This document shows, one piece after another, positions 19,283-28,596 of a stretch of DNA of 64,000 nucleotides. Made by a program: the position numbers and the translations under genes. Under the pieces are notes generated by a model. It searched no databases. It saw only the letters and a list, made by a program, of their open reading frames with translations, and was not told where the DNA came from. The DNA is from an uncultured Planctomycetia bacterium (GTDB lineage Bacteria > Omnitrophota > Gorgyraeia > 1-14-0-20-64-10), in NCBI GenBank assembly GCA_964373715.1, contig CAYJVR010000001.1, forward strand, positions 85,164 to 149,163, read 5' to 3'. Numbering within the stretch: the first letter of the stretch is position 1; the number at the start of each line of letters is the position of its first letter.

Positions 19283-20086
19283 CTACCGGAACAGTCCCAT
19301 CTCTTTTTCGTAAGGATCGAACGCATTCACCGTGACGCCGAAATTTTTGTTCTCTAGAGGCGCGTAGCCCACAAGGTTATGCAGTCCGAGAAAGAACGCA
19401 AAACTGTTGTTCCATCGGATATCGTCCGAAGCGATGATCGTGCCTTCTTTCATGAGGGATCGCGCGACCTCATATTCAAATGTTTGATGTGTTGTCGTGT
19501 GCAAGCTGTCGTGAATAAGGATATCGGCAGATTGTTCCGCCAGGATCTTGGGCAGGAGAAGCCGAGAGTCCCCGACGGCTAAGTCCCACCGGTCTTTCAA
19601 AGCTGCGGGGATTAAAGCTCCGATAGCCGATTTTTTAATGCCCGCATGCTTCATTTGAACGGTTTCTGCCGCCGGCAAATCGATCGATATGAGCTTCCCC
19701 GAATCGTTTTTTTTGAGCGCAGCCAGTATAAACGCAGCGGTGCCGCCCCAGGCGCAGCCTGTTTCCAGCACCACGTGAGGTTTTGTTATTCGAATGAACG
19801 GGTAGAGAATAGACTCGCGCGGACTTGCCTGCAGCCTTTGTTCGGGTTCAAAAAGGGTCCGGCATTCTTCTTGAAGCTTTCTGATGTCATCCAGCGGTGC
19901 GGTGATCGATTTTGATTTCAGGAGGGTTTTAACAATTTGATCGGCATCGTTGTATCGGATACGGCTGAACCCCATCCGGATGAGCGCCGTGCTTGTGAAC
20001 CGGAGTAGTCCGTTCGTGATCCGGCCGGATTTTAGCCTCTGTGGAATGGCCGTGGTGATCTTTTGAAACAGGTTTTTCTGGTTCAT
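19283..20086 (-). CDS. class I SAM-dependent methyltransferase (O-methyltransferase family 3 / TylF-CmcI-like)
   Basis: Motif I is present (VLETGCAWGGTAAFI). The protein is 267 aa. It lies on the minus strand downstream of the radical SAM gene with a 64-nt gap. Confidence 0.7.
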   Translation of the reverse strand: MNQKNLFQKITTAIPQRLKSGRITNGLLRFTSTALIRMGFSRIRYNDADQIVKTLLKSKSITAPLDDIRKLQEECRTLFEPEQRLQASPRESILYPFIRITKPHVVLETGCAWGGTAAFILAALKKNDSGKLISIDLPAAETVQMKHAGIKKSAIGALIPAALKDRWDLAVGDSRLLLPKILAEQSADILIHDSLHTTTHQTFEYEVARSLMKEGTIIASDDIRWNNSFAFFLGLHNLVGYAPLENKNFGVTVNAFDPYEKEMGLFR

Positions 20087-20150
20087 AGGGCTATTCTATG
20101 ACACATAGTTGAATGTTGCTTGTAATCTATTTGCGAATAGAATCCCTCCC

Positions 20151-21188
20151 TTAGAAAAACTCCAGCTGGCCGTGCGGGTCCGGCCGCCGGAAAGAGGAAG
20201 GCCGATAGTCCTCCTCGTCACGGTTGAAGCCGAGACGTTCGGTCCACAGGTCCCAGAGTTTGTCGACCGCTTGCCAGTAAGTTCCTTCACCGTGATGCCG
20301 GTGCCCGAACCGGCTGTCCGAAAGCTGTCCCTGCCGTGTTTCCCGGATCCGGTATTCGATCCGTTCCGCCCTGTCCGGCAGCTCTGTTTTGATCCGGTGA
20401 AAAAAAACCTGCTTGACGCTCCCGGGCAGGCGGAGCAGAGTTTTGAACGCGAACCGGGCTCCGCACCTTTTTGCCTCTTTCAGCAGAGAGGGGATGTCGT
20501 TGTCGTTTAAGCCGGGGATGATCGGCGCCACTCCGATTCCGACCGGAACGCCGGCATCGGCGAGAATCCGCATCGTTTCAAACCGGCGGCGTATGGCCGG
20601 CGCCCCGGGCTCGATGATCCGGGCGGTCTCTTCATCCAGGAAGGGGATGCTGATCGACACGGTGACGCCCGCTTCCTTCTCCAGATCGGCCAGCAGGCGG
20701 GCATCCCGCCGGATGAGCAGGGATTTCGTGATGACGGCGGCCGGATTCCGAAACTTCAGGCAGATTGCCAGACAGCCCTGCGTCAGGCGCCAGGATGCCT
20801 CCAGAGGCTGATAGCAGTCAGTAACGCCGGAGAAGACGACCAGCTCTCCTTTCCAGCCTGGTTTGTAGAAGGCCTGTTCGAGAAGACGGGGGGCCTCTTT
20901 CTTGACGAAAATCTTCCTCTCAAAATCCGTTCCCGCGCCAAGGCCCAGATACTCGTGTGTCGGCCGAGCGTAACAATAGGCGCAGGCGTGGAAGCACCCT
21001 CGGTAAGGGTTGACGCTCCACCTGAAGCCAATGTCCGGACTGTTGTTGTGCGAGAGGATTGAGTTTGAATCATCTTCGTATACCTCCAATTCGGCGGGTG
21101 AGGGCTCTCCAAGCAATTCCCGGTCTTCAGTCAGGTAAGGGTTCGGGGGATTCCATACCCGTCTAAAGGTGTTTTCTGTCATGGCCAT
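20151..21188 (-). CDS. radical SAM protein, SplB / 'DNA repair photolyase' (COG1533)-like
   Basis: The CxxxCxxC cluster CFHACAYCYARP is present. The protein is 345 aa. The family resemblance is to spore-photoproduct-lyase-like radical SAM enzymes. Confidence 0.7.
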   Translation of the reverse strand: MAMTENTFRRVWNPPNPYLTEDRELLGEPSPAELEVYEDDSNSILSHNNSPDIGFRWSVNPYRGCFHACAYCYARPTHEYLGLGAGTDFERKIFVKKEAPRLLEQAFYKPGWKGELVVFSGVTDCYQPLEASWRLTQGCLAICLKFRNPAAVITKSLLIRRDARLLADLEKEAGVTVSISIPFLDEETARIIEPGAPAIRRRFETMRILADAGVPVGIGVAPIIPGLNDNDIPSLLKEAKRCGARFAFKTLLRLPGSVKQVFFHRIKTELPDRAERIEYRIRETRQGQLSDSRFGHRHHGEGTYWQAVDKLWDLWTERLGFNRDEEDYRPSSFRRPDPHGQLEFF

Positions 21189-21246
21189 AGGTTAGCAGAC
21201 ATTTGTCTATATATCAATCCCCAATTGTTTGTCCTAAGATAACCCC

Positions 21247-22266
21247 ATGTTCCTCGACAAGGTCCGATCCACAGTTGAGAAATACCGACTCTTAAAGAGC
21301 GGAGACAGGGTTTTGGCGGGAATCTCCGGTGGGCCGGATTCTCTCGCGTTGTTAACGGCGCTGGTTTCCCTTCAGAAGGATTTCGGCATCATTGTGTTAG
21401 CGGCTTATGTGGATCATGGCTTGCGTCCGGCCGCCGCCCGCCGGGAGGCCGCATTGGTGCGCGAAACAGGCAAACGGTTCGGCATCCCGGTGGTTGTCCT
21501 TAAAGCTCCCGTGCGCCGCACGGGGGGCGAGTCTCTTGAAAGTGTGGCCCGTGACGCCAGGTACCGGGCTTTGCTCGGCCTGGCTGTAAAAAAAGGGGCG
21601 AATCTTCTTGCCTTGGGACACAGCCAGGATGACCAGGCGGAAACGGTCCTGATGTGGCTGCTCAGGGGGGCCGGCACGACCGGTTTGGCCGGCATTCCGC
21701 CCGTCCGGCGTGTTTCTTTTCCATCAGATGAAAAGGGGAAGAGTCGGGATTTGAAAATTATCAGGCCCTTCATTCAGATTTCCAGGAAGGAGATTACCGA
21801 TTTTTTGCGCGCCCATAAGATGAAGCCTCTCCTGGACCACTCCAACCGGTCGGACCATTTTTTAAGAAACAGGATTCGGCGGGAACTCTTACCCCTTTTA
21901 GAGAAAAGGTACAGCCCGGCGGCGCGGCGCCACCTGGCTCAGCTGGCGGAGATCCTCCGCTTTGATGTCGAGTGGATGGAAGGCCAGGCCGCGCAGCTGG
22001 TTAAGAAAACTGTCCGGATAACCCCTGTGGGGGCTCGTGTGGACCGGGAAAGACTGAAGGGTGAGCCAACGAGCCTGCGCCGCTGTGTGCTGCGGCAGGC
22101 GGTCGGGAAGATGCAAGGGAACTGCCATGGATTTGCTTTCCGGCACTGGGAACTGCTTGATCAGATGCTGCTTAACGGCCGCGGCAAAGCGGTGGACTTG
22201 CCCCACGGTTTCCGGGCCGAGTTCTCCGACGGGGGACGGCTTCTGCTCCGTCGGAAAAAACTATGA
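21247..22266 (+). CDS. tilS: tRNA(Ile)-lysidine synthetase
   Basis: The PP-loop [13 protein letters not shown] is present. The protein is 339 aa. The gene is divergent from the radical SAM gene across a 58-nt AT-rich spacer. Confidence 0.9.
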   Translation: MFLDKVRSTVEKYRLLKSGDRVLAGISGGPDSLALLTALVSLQKDFGIIVLAAYVDHGLRPAAARREAALVRETGKRFGIPVVVLKAPVRRTGGESLESVARDARYRALLGLAVKKGANLLALGHSQDDQAETVLMWLLRGAGTTGLAGIPPVRRVSFPSDEKGKSRDLKIIRPFIQISRKEITDFLRAHKMKPLLDHSNRSDHFLRNRIRRELLPLLEKRYSPAARRHLAQLAEILRFDVEWMEGQAAQLVKKTVRITPVGARVDRERLKGEPTSLRRCVLRQAVGKMQGNCHGFAFRHWELLDQMLLNGRGKAVDLPHGFRAEFSDGGRLLLRRKKL

Positions 22267-22333
22267 AGAACGCCTTCTATCTGGTACACTAAAAAGCAGT
22301 TTATTAAACGCGCTAAAGAAAAGGGAATTTAGA

Positions 22334-24277
22334 ATGCCGACTCTTGAAGGTGGAAAGGCCCCTGTGCCGTCTGGGGCTCCTGCGCCGAAGCCGAATCCCC
22401 GGTGGTTTCGGTGGATGGTTTTCGGGGGGATGTTCTTCGTCCTTTTTTATCTTTATTGGTACGGTTCCGTTTCCATGAAAGGGATGCCGCAGGAGATTTC
22501 GTACAGCGAGTTTTATCAGTGGGTTATCAATAACGAAGCCAATCCCAGGATACGGACCCTCGTCATGGTGGAGAATATCGTGCGGGGGGAGACCGTGGAC
22601 CGCCGCCGCTTCGGGGTGATTATCCCGAATCAGGATCCGGACATGATCCGTATGATGCGCGAACATGTCGCCGATTTCCGGGTTGAATCGCCGCGCAACT
22701 CCTTCTGGCTGAACTTCTTTTTTAACCTCGTGGGGCCGTTCCTGTTTCTCGGCGCTTTCTGGTTTCTGCTGTACCGCGGCGCCCAGGGGGGCGGCGGACG
22801 GCTTCTTTCGTTTGGCAAAAGCCGGGCCAAGGAGGTTTCTCCCGGGGAGGCGAGCAAGAGGGTGACCTTCGATGACGTGGCCGGCGTCCAGGAAGCGAAA
22901 GAGGAGCTCCAGGAGGTCATCGAGTTCCTCAAGGACCCGAAAAAATTCCAGCGGTTGGGCGGTAAGATCCCTAAAGGGGTTCTTCTGTTGGGCCCTCCGG
23001 GCTGCGGGAAGACCCTCCTTGCCAAGGCTGTAGCCGGCGAGGCGGGGGTTCCGTTCTTCTCGATCAGTGGTTCCGATTTCGTCGAGATGTTTGTCGGCGT
23101 CGGCGCCTCCCGCGTGCGTGACCTTTTCGATCAGGCGAAGAAATCGGCCAAGGTTTCCGGCCGGGGCTGCATCATCTTCATTGATGAGATTGATGCGGTT
23201 GGCCGCCAGCGTTTTGCCGGCATCGGTGGCGGACACGACGAACGGGAACAAACCTTGAACGCGCTTCTTGTGGAGATGGACGGTTTCAATACGCAGGAGG
23301 GAGTGATCCTGATCGCCGCCACTAACCGGCCCGATGTGCTCGACCCTGCCTTGTTGAGGCCCGGGCGTTTTGACCGCCAGATTGTGGTGGACCGGCCCGA
23401 CCTTGTCGGAAGGGAAGAGATCCTCAAGGTCCATATCCGGAAGATCAAGTTGGGCAAGGATGTGGAGTTGAAATCCATCGCCCGCCAGACGCCCGGTTTC
23501 TCCGGCGCCGATCTGGCCAACTTGGCGAATGAGGCGGCTCTTTTGGCCGCCCGCCGGGACAAGGAGGCAGTCGGTACCTCTGAGATGGAGGAGGCGATTG
23601 AGCGGGTCATGGCCGGCCCGGAGAGAAAGTCTCGTGTGATATCCCCCTACGAACGGTCCATTGTGGCTTGCCATGAGGCCGGCCACGCGCTGGTGTCGAT
23701 CATGCTGCCGGGGACCGATCCGGTCCATAAGATTTCAATCATCCCGCGCGGCCATGCGGCTTTGGGTTATACGATGCAGCTGCCGATTGAGGACAGGTAC
23801 ATCACCACCCGAAAAGAACTTTTGGGCAAGCTGGCAGTCTTGCTCGGCGGCCGCGCCGCCGAAGAGTTGACGTTCAGCGAGGTGACCACAGGCGCCCAGA
23901 ATGATTTAGAGATCGCTACTGAGACGGCCCGCCAGATGGTTTGCAAGTATGGTATGAGCGATCGTCTCGGCCCCTTGACCTACGGGCGCCGCGAGGGAAT
24001 GGTCTTTTTGGGCCGCGATATCATGGATGAACAAAACTATTCCGACCAGACGGCCGTCATGATTGACCAGGAGGTCCGTAGGATCGTCGAAGAGGCGCAT
24101 CAGCAGGCTGCCTCGATCGTCGCCCAGCACAAGGACCGCTTGAAGCAATTAGCGGATACTCTGCTTGAAAAAGAGGTGATTGACGGTGATGAAGCAAAAA
24201 GGATCGTGATGGCCGGCGCTCCTCCCTCGGATGAAGCGGCCGGTTCCTCCGGCGAATCCAAAAACGTTTCGGGCTAG
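22334..24277 (+). CDS. ftsH: ATP-dependent zinc metalloprotease FtsH
   Basis: Two N-terminal transmembrane helices are present. Walker A is GPPGCGKT. Walker B is IIFIDEIDA. The zinc site is HEAGHAL. The track ORF begins at 22061. The ATG at 22334 ([10 protein letters not shown]) avoids overlapping tilS. Confidence 0.93.
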   Translation: MPTLEGGKAPVPSGAPAPKPNPRWFRWMVFGGMFFVLFYLYWYGSVSMKGMPQEISYSEFYQWVINNEANPRIRTLVMVENIVRGETVDRRRFGVIIPNQDPDMIRMMREHVADFRVESPRNSFWLNFFFNLVGPFLFLGAFWFLLYRGAQGGGGRLLSFGKSRAKEVSPGEASKRVTFDDVAGVQEAKEELQEVIEFLKDPKKFQRLGGKIPKGVLLLGPPGCGKTLLAKAVAGEAGVPFFSISGSDFVEMFVGVGASRVRDLFDQAKKSAKVSGRGCIIFIDEIDAVGRQRFAGIGGGHDEREQTLNALLVEMDGFNTQEGVILIAATNRPDVLDPALLRPGRFDRQIVVDRPDLVGREEILKVHIRKIKLGKDVELKSIARQTPGFSGADLANLANEAALLAARRDKEAVGTSEMEEAIERVMAGPERKSRVISPYERSIVACHEAGHALVSIMLPGTDPVHKISIIPRGHAALGYTMQLPIEDRYITTRKELLGKLAVLLGGRAAEELTFSEVTTGAQNDLEIATETARQMVCKYGMSDRLGPLTYGRREGMVFLGRDIMDEQNYSDQTAVMIDQEVRRIVEEAHQQAASIVAQHKDRLKQLADTLLEKEVIDGDEAKRIVMAGAPPSDEAAGSSGESKNVSG

Positions 24278-24284
24278 ATCCCCG

Positions 24285-25214
24285 TTGCACTCCTCAAAAT
24301 CCCTTATCTGTGGGAGGTACTCCCTGCCGATCGGCCGGCGCACGCTGGTGATGGGGATACTCAACGTCACCCCCGATTCCTTCAGCGACGGCGGGAAATA
24401 CCTTTCTTCACGGCGTGCGGTAGCTCATGCTTTGAAACTTCAGCGGGAAGGTGCCGATATCCTGGATATCGGCGGGGAATCCACCCGCCCGGGATCAAAG
24501 CCGGTTTCCTCGCGTGAGGAGATACGGAGGATCCTTCCCGTCATCGAAAGCCTCCAGAGCAGGCTCTCCATTCCGATTTCGGTGGACACCTCAAAGGCTT
24601 CGGTTGCCAAGGCCGCTCTCAAAGCAGGAGCTTCTCTTGTGAACGATGTGACCGCTTTAAGGGATCCCCGGATGGCCCGGGTCATTGCCGCTTTCGGTGT
24701 TCCGGTGATTCTGATGCATATGCGCGGGACGCCCAAAACAATGCAGCGCAGCCCGATCTACCGCCGGCTTATCCCGGAGGTCCTTCAGGAGCTGAGAGGT
24801 TCCGTCCGGAAGGCTGTTGCCTCGGGGATCTCCCGCGATAAAATTCTTTTGGACCCTGGGATTGGTTTCAGCAAGGGGCCGGAGCATAACCTGGTTCTTA
24901 TCGAGAAGCTGCCCGCGTTTCGCGCGCTGGGGTTTCCTGTGGTGGTCGGTCCTTCGCGCAAGTCCTTTCTCCGGCATGTGCTGGGGGAGGGTGTGGACGG
25001 CCGGCTTTTCGGCACAGCGGCGGCCGTGGCTTTTGCGGCGGCCAACGGGGCTGATATTGTTCGCGTTCACGATGTGGCTGCGATGAAACAGGTGGTGTCT
25101 GTCGTGGACGCAATCCGCGCATCGTCATGGTCCGCGGCCCCTCGGCGGTCAGGGTCTGAGCGTTTGGAACGCTCAACCATTTCCTCGGGCCTTACGGCCC
25201 CTCGGCGGTCATGA
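24285..25214 (+). CDS. folP: dihydropteroate synthase (C-terminally extended by a 60-bp junction insertion)
   Basis: The motif VMGILNVTPDSFSDGG is present. The start is uncertain, with candidates TTG at 24285, GTG at 24348 and ATG at 24351. The tail SGSERLERSTISSGLTAPRRS is encoded by the repeat unit. Confidence 0.85.
   Translation: MHSSKSLICGRYSLPIGRRTLVMGILNVTPDSFSDGGKYLSSRRAVAHALKLQREGADILDIGGESTRPGSKPVSSREEIRRILPVIESLQSRLSIPISVDTSKASVAKAALKAGASLVNDVTALRDPRMARVIAAFGVPVILMHMRGTPKTMQRSPIYRRLIPEVLQELRGSVRKAVASGISRDKILLDPGIGFSKGPEHNLVLIEKLPAFRALGFPVVVGPSRKSFLRHVLGEGVDGRLFGTAAAVAFAAANGADIVRVHDVAAMKQVVSVVDAIRASSWSAAPRRSGSERLERSTISSGLTAPRRS
25135..25211. repeat. 17-bp direct repeat (cggcccctcggcggtca) x2 with 60-bp period, flanking a 43-bp unique segment with a 7-bp-stem hairpin (gagcgtt-tgg-aacgctc)
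   Basis: The copies are at 25135-25151 and 25195-25211, and they differ in their flanks. The second copy ends in the pdxJ ATG / folP TGA overlap. Confidence 0.8.
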
Positions 25215-25936
25215 CACGGCTTGGTGTTAACATTGACCATGTGGCAACCCTCCGTCAGGCGAGAAGGGGGAAAAACCCGAACCCCGTTGAGGCGGCGCTT
25301 GTCTCCGAGAGGGCCGGCTGCGACGGGATTGTGGCCCATTTACGGGAGGACCGAAGGCATATTCAGGAGCAGGATTTGTGGGATTTAAAAAAGGCCCTGC
25401 GGGTTCCGCTTAATATGGAGATGAGCGCCAGCCCGCAGATTGTCCGGGTCGCGGCGAGGGTCAAGCCGGATCAGGCAACCCTTGTCCCTGAGAAGCGCCA
25501 GGAACTGACGACCGAAGGGGGACTCGATCTGCGCAAGGGGCAGAAACGTTTAAAGCAGGCGGTTTCTCAGCTTAAGAAAGCAGGAATTCGGGTCAGCCTC
25601 TTTATTGATCCGGATCCGGTCCAGATTCGGCTGGCCCGTGATTTGGAAGTCCCGATGATCGAATTGCACACCGGCCGTTACGCCGGCGCGCCGACCCGGA
25701 AACGGCGCGAGATCTTGCTCAGACAGATGGAGGAAGCGGTTGGAAAGGCCCGGGCGCTCGGCCTTATTGTGGCGGCCGGACATGGTTTAGACTATGATAA
25801 CGTGGTGGAGGTTGTTTCGATCCCTGAGATCGAGGAGCTGAACATAGGTTTTTCCATCGTCGCGCGGGCGGTGGAGGCCGGGTTTCATCAGGCGGTCCAG
25901 GAGATGGCCGGTTTGGTTCATGGAGGCGGCAGGTGA
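25211..25936 (+). CDS. pdxJ: pyridoxine 5'-phosphate synthase
   Basis: MTRLGVNIDHVATLRQAR. The protein is 241 aa. Confidence 0.93.
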   Translation: MTRLGVNIDHVATLRQARRGKNPNPVEAALVSERAGCDGIVAHLREDRRHIQEQDLWDLKKALRVPLNMEMSASPQIVRVAARVKPDQATLVPEKRQELTTEGGLDLRKGQKRLKQAVSQLKKAGIRVSLFIDPDPVQIRLARDLEVPMIELHTGRYAGAPTRKRREILLRQMEEAVGKARALGLIVAAGHGLDYDNVVEVVSIPEIEELNIGFSIVARAVEAGFHQAVQEMAGLVHGGGR

Positions 25937-25973
25937 TCCCACCACGCGGTGGGAGAAATGGCTCGGTGGCGGG

Positions 25974-26345
25974 TTGAAAGTTGTCGGGACAGGGGTTGAT
26001 TTGGTGGAGCTTTCCCGGTTTAAACAGGCAATTAACCGACGGGGCGACCGTTTCTTGAAGAGACTTTTTACTCCGAAGGAGTTGGCCTACGCCAAATCCC
26101 GCAAACAGATGATCCAGCATTTGGCGGTCCGTTTCGCCGCCAAGGAGGCGATCGTCAAAGCGTTGGGAGCTCCGAAAGGTTTGGGGCTCGAATGGACCGA
26201 TGTGGAGATTGCGCATGCTTCCAGCGGCCAGCCGAAAGTGCTTCTGCGCGGTTCGATGCGCCGGTGGATCAAGCTTCAGATCCATATCTCACTGACCCAT
26301 ACACGCGACTATGCCGTGGCGACCGCTTTCGCCTGTTCCCGATGA
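25974..26345 (+). CDS. acpS: holo-[acyl-carrier-protein] synthase
   Basis: The motif VVGTGVDLVELSRF is present. The TTG at 25974 gives a typical length of about 123 aa. An alternative ATG at 25920 would overlap pdxJ. Confidence 0.85.
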   Translation: MKVVGTGVDLVELSRFKQAINRRGDRFLKRLFTPKELAYAKSRKQMIQHLAVRFAAKEAIVKALGAPKGLGLEWTDVEIAHASSGQPKVLLRGSMRRWIKLQIHISLTHTRDYAVATAFACSR

Positions 26346-27226
26346 TCCTTCGACGAACTCAGGACAGGGTTGTTCCCCGTTCTCTCTTGGTCCGCCGGCC
26401 CGACACCCACAAAGGGGATTACGGGCATGTTCTGATCGTCGGCGGTTCGGTCGGTTTTTCCGGCGCGCCGGTACTTGCTTCTTTGGCTGCTTTGCGCTCT
26501 GGCGCCGGCCTGGTCAGTTTGGCCGTGCCGGAGACGATTTATTTCATTGCCGCTTCCAAACTGACCGAGGTGATGGTCTATCCTCTTGCGGAGACGCCGA
26601 AGGGGGCGATCAGCGTGGCGTCGCTGAACTCTCTTCGGTCGCTCCTATTGAAAGCCGACTGCCTTGCCGTCGGTCCGGGGCTCTCCCGCCAGCCGGCCGC
26701 TTTGGCGGCGGCGAGAAAAATTCTTACCTCGGTGGATCTTCCGATGGTTCTGGACGCCGACGGTATCGCCGCGATAGCCGGCCGTCACCGGTCCTCTTTG
26801 CGGAAAAGCCGGGGCCCGGTTGTTATCACCCCGCATCCTGGAGAAATGGCCCTTCTTTTGGGGGTGTCCGTGGACTCGATCCAGCGCCGCAGGGTGCAGG
26901 TTGCTGTCAAGACCGCGAAAGAGCAGAGGGTGGTGGTGGTTCTCAAGGGCCACAAAACGGTGGTAGCCGCCCCGTCCGGAAGGATTTACATCAATATGAC
27001 CGGCAACCCCGGCATGGCGACCGCCGGGATGGGGGATCTCTTGACCGGCATGATCGCCTCTTTCATCGGGCAGGGATGCGATCCTTTCAGCGCGGCGAAA
27101 GCGGCAGTTTATCTGCATGGCCTTGCCGGTGATATCGCCGCTCGCCGTGTAGGGCAGACGAGTTTGATCGCCTCCGATCTGTTGGAGTCGCTGACGGAAG
27201 CCTTCAAAAAAGCTGGTGACAAATAA
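26342..27226 (+). CDS. nnrD: ADP-dependent (S)-NAD(P)H-hydrate dehydratase (YjeF C-terminal domain only)
   Basis: The motif HKGDYGHVLIVGGSVGFSGAP is present. The ATG overlaps the acpS stop (ATGA). The track ORF starts earlier, at 26192. Confidence 0.85.
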   Translation: MILRRTQDRVVPRSLLVRRPDTHKGDYGHVLIVGGSVGFSGAPVLASLAALRSGAGLVSLAVPETIYFIAASKLTEVMVYPLAETPKGAISVASLNSLRSLLLKADCLAVGPGLSRQPAALAAARKILTSVDLPMVLDADGIAAIAGRHRSSLRKSRGPVVITPHPGEMALLLGVSVDSIQRRRVQVAVKTAKEQRVVVVLKGHKTVVAAPSGRIYINMTGNPGMATAGMGDLLTGMIASFIGQGCDPFSAAKAAVYLHGLAGDIAARRVGQTSLIASDLLESLTEAFKKAGDK

Positions 27227-27248
27227 TTCCTCTGGTGAAAGGGGGCGT

Positions 27249-27277
27249 GTTGGGGGAAATGGATCAATTCCCCCAAC
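27249..27277. other. perfect 10-bp-stem hairpin (gttgggggaa-atggatcaa-ttcccccaac) 22 nt after the nnrD stop
   Basis: Seen directly in the sequence. No U-tract follows. A second hairpin (ggggaaa-cctgggt-tttcccc) lies at about 27306-27326. Confidence 0.5.
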
Positions 27278-27484
27278 AAGTCCAAAGTGGGTTTATAGGA
27301 AAGAGGAATACTACGGGGGAAACCTGGGTTTTCCCCTGAGAAGAAATGCTGGTAGTTTCTCAATTCGGACACAAAACCGTTCATACCGTCATTGCGAGGA
27401 GTCCGCAGGACGACAAAGCAATCTCGTCGTAGGGCAACTTGGGCGAGTATTTGTTGTAAGCTTGTAGGGTGCGTCGAATTTCTT

Positions 27485-27556
27485 GCTGGCGTAGCTCAAT
27501 GGTAGAGCTGCTGTTTTGTAAACAGCGGGTTGGAGGTTCGATTCCTCTCGCCAGCT
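27485..27556 (+). tRNA. tRNA-Thr (anticodon TGT)
   Basis: The acceptor stem is gctggcg/cgccagc. The anticodon stem-loop is gctgt-ttTGTaa-acagc. The T-loop is ttcgatt. Confidence 0.85.
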
Positions 27557-27625
27557 TGTTTTCCTGTGCGTCTCTTCGTACAATACCAGCATTGTTTTGG
27601 GGATAGACATTCCGGACCATCGGAT

Positions 27626-28477
27626 ATGGAGGGAATCGCTGTGGCTCGTAAGCTGAAAGATTCTATCGGTCGTTTGTGGGTTACCGCAGTTTTTGGTGCG
27701 GCGCTTGTTTTGTCGGCTTCCGGTTGCGCCCGGGTCGTTGAGTCCGGCCAGGCCGGGGTCCGGTTTGATTTCGGGAAGATCGCCCAGGAACCTCTTGGGG
27801 TCGGATGGCATTTCTTTGTGCCCGGGATCACCACCATTGAGATATGGGACGTCAAAACTCTGGAGATTAAAGAGAGCGCAGCCGTTCCTTCTTCTGAGGG
27901 GTTGATTTCTACGCTGGATTTGTCGGTCTTGTACAACGTGCCGAAAGACAAGGTGGTCATGGTCCGCACGATGATCGGCCCTGATTATATCGGTACTGTG
28001 GTGGAGCCGTACATCCGTGAATCGATCCGGAACGTCGCCAGCGGTTACGAGGTGAAGGCCCTCTTTAGCGATAAGGGCCGCCATGAGATCGGGCAGAAGA
28101 TCCTGGAATTCCTGCAGAACAAACTGGAGCCTCGCGGGATCATCGTTCAGGACGTTTTGTTAAGGGATGTCCAGCTGCCGCCGGCCTTCGCGCAGAGCAT
28201 CTCGATGAAGCTGAAGACCGAGCAGGAGGCACTGCAGAAGGAGTTTGAACTCCAGAAGGCGAAGAAGGACGCCGAAATCGAGGTGGCCCGCGCGATGGGC
28301 GTGGCGAAATCGAACGAGATCATCGCGGGAAGTATCACCGAGGCCTACCTTCGCTATCGTTGGATCGAAGGGCTCCAGACGAACCAGATGCAGGTGGTCT
28401 ACGTCCCAACCGAAGCGAATCTTCCGATCATGGAAGCCTCTCGGTGGCGAACGATTAACGACGACAAGAAGAAATAA
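27626..28477 (+). CDS. SPFH/band-7 (prohibitin/flotillin-like) lipoprotein
   Basis: An N-terminal signal peptide with lipobox LSASGC is present. An SPFH domain is followed by a coiled coil (KLKTEQEALQKEFELQKAKKDAEIEVARAMG). The start was taken after the tRNA. The track ORF starts at 27530, inside the tRNA. Confidence 0.8.
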   Translation: MEGIAVARKLKDSIGRLWVTAVFGAALVLSASGCARVVESGQAGVRFDFGKIAQEPLGVGWHFFVPGITTIEIWDVKTLEIKESAAVPSSEGLISTLDLSVLYNVPKDKVVMVRTMIGPDYIGTVVEPYIRESIRNVASGYEVKALFSDKGRHEIGQKILEFLQNKLEPRGIIVQDVLLRDVQLPPAFAQSISMKLKTEQEALQKEFELQKAKKDAEIEVARAMGVAKSNEIIAGSITEAYLRYRWIEGLQTNQMQVVYVPTEANLPIMEASRWRTINDDKKK

Positions 28478-28493
28478 ACGGGCATTTTTTCGT

Positions 28494-28579
28494 GGGCAGG
28501 TACTCAAGCGGTCAACGAGGGCAGACTGTAAATCTGCTGGCGTCAGCCTACAGAGGTTCGAACCCTCTCCTGCCCACCA
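28494..28579 (+). tRNA. tRNA-Tyr (anticodon GTA), long variable arm, CCA encoded
   Basis: The acceptor stem is gggcagg/cctgccc. The anticodon loop is ctGTAaa. The variable arm is ctggcgtcagcctacag. The 3' end reads ...cccaCCA. Confidence 0.9.
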
Positions 28580-28596
28580 GTTTCTCTTTCCTCGCG

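Noticed and set aside
22061-22333. Upstream extension of ftsH (track start 22061) overlapping tilS
   Set aside because: The extension would overlap the tilS 3' end by 200 nt. The ATG at 22334 gives a canonical FtsH N-terminus with two transmembrane helices.
22313-23728. 471-aa minus-strand ORF opposite ftsH
   Set aside because: It is antisense to ftsH, whose motifs are all intact on the + strand. It is a low-complexity Arg/Pro/Gly-rich translation and a high-GC artefact.
28492-28596. Track ORF start at 28492 running through tRNA-Tyr, and 27530 start running through tRNA-Thr
   Set aside because: The N-terminal parts of these ORFs are the tRNA genes themselves read as protein. The starts were moved downstream of the tRNAs.
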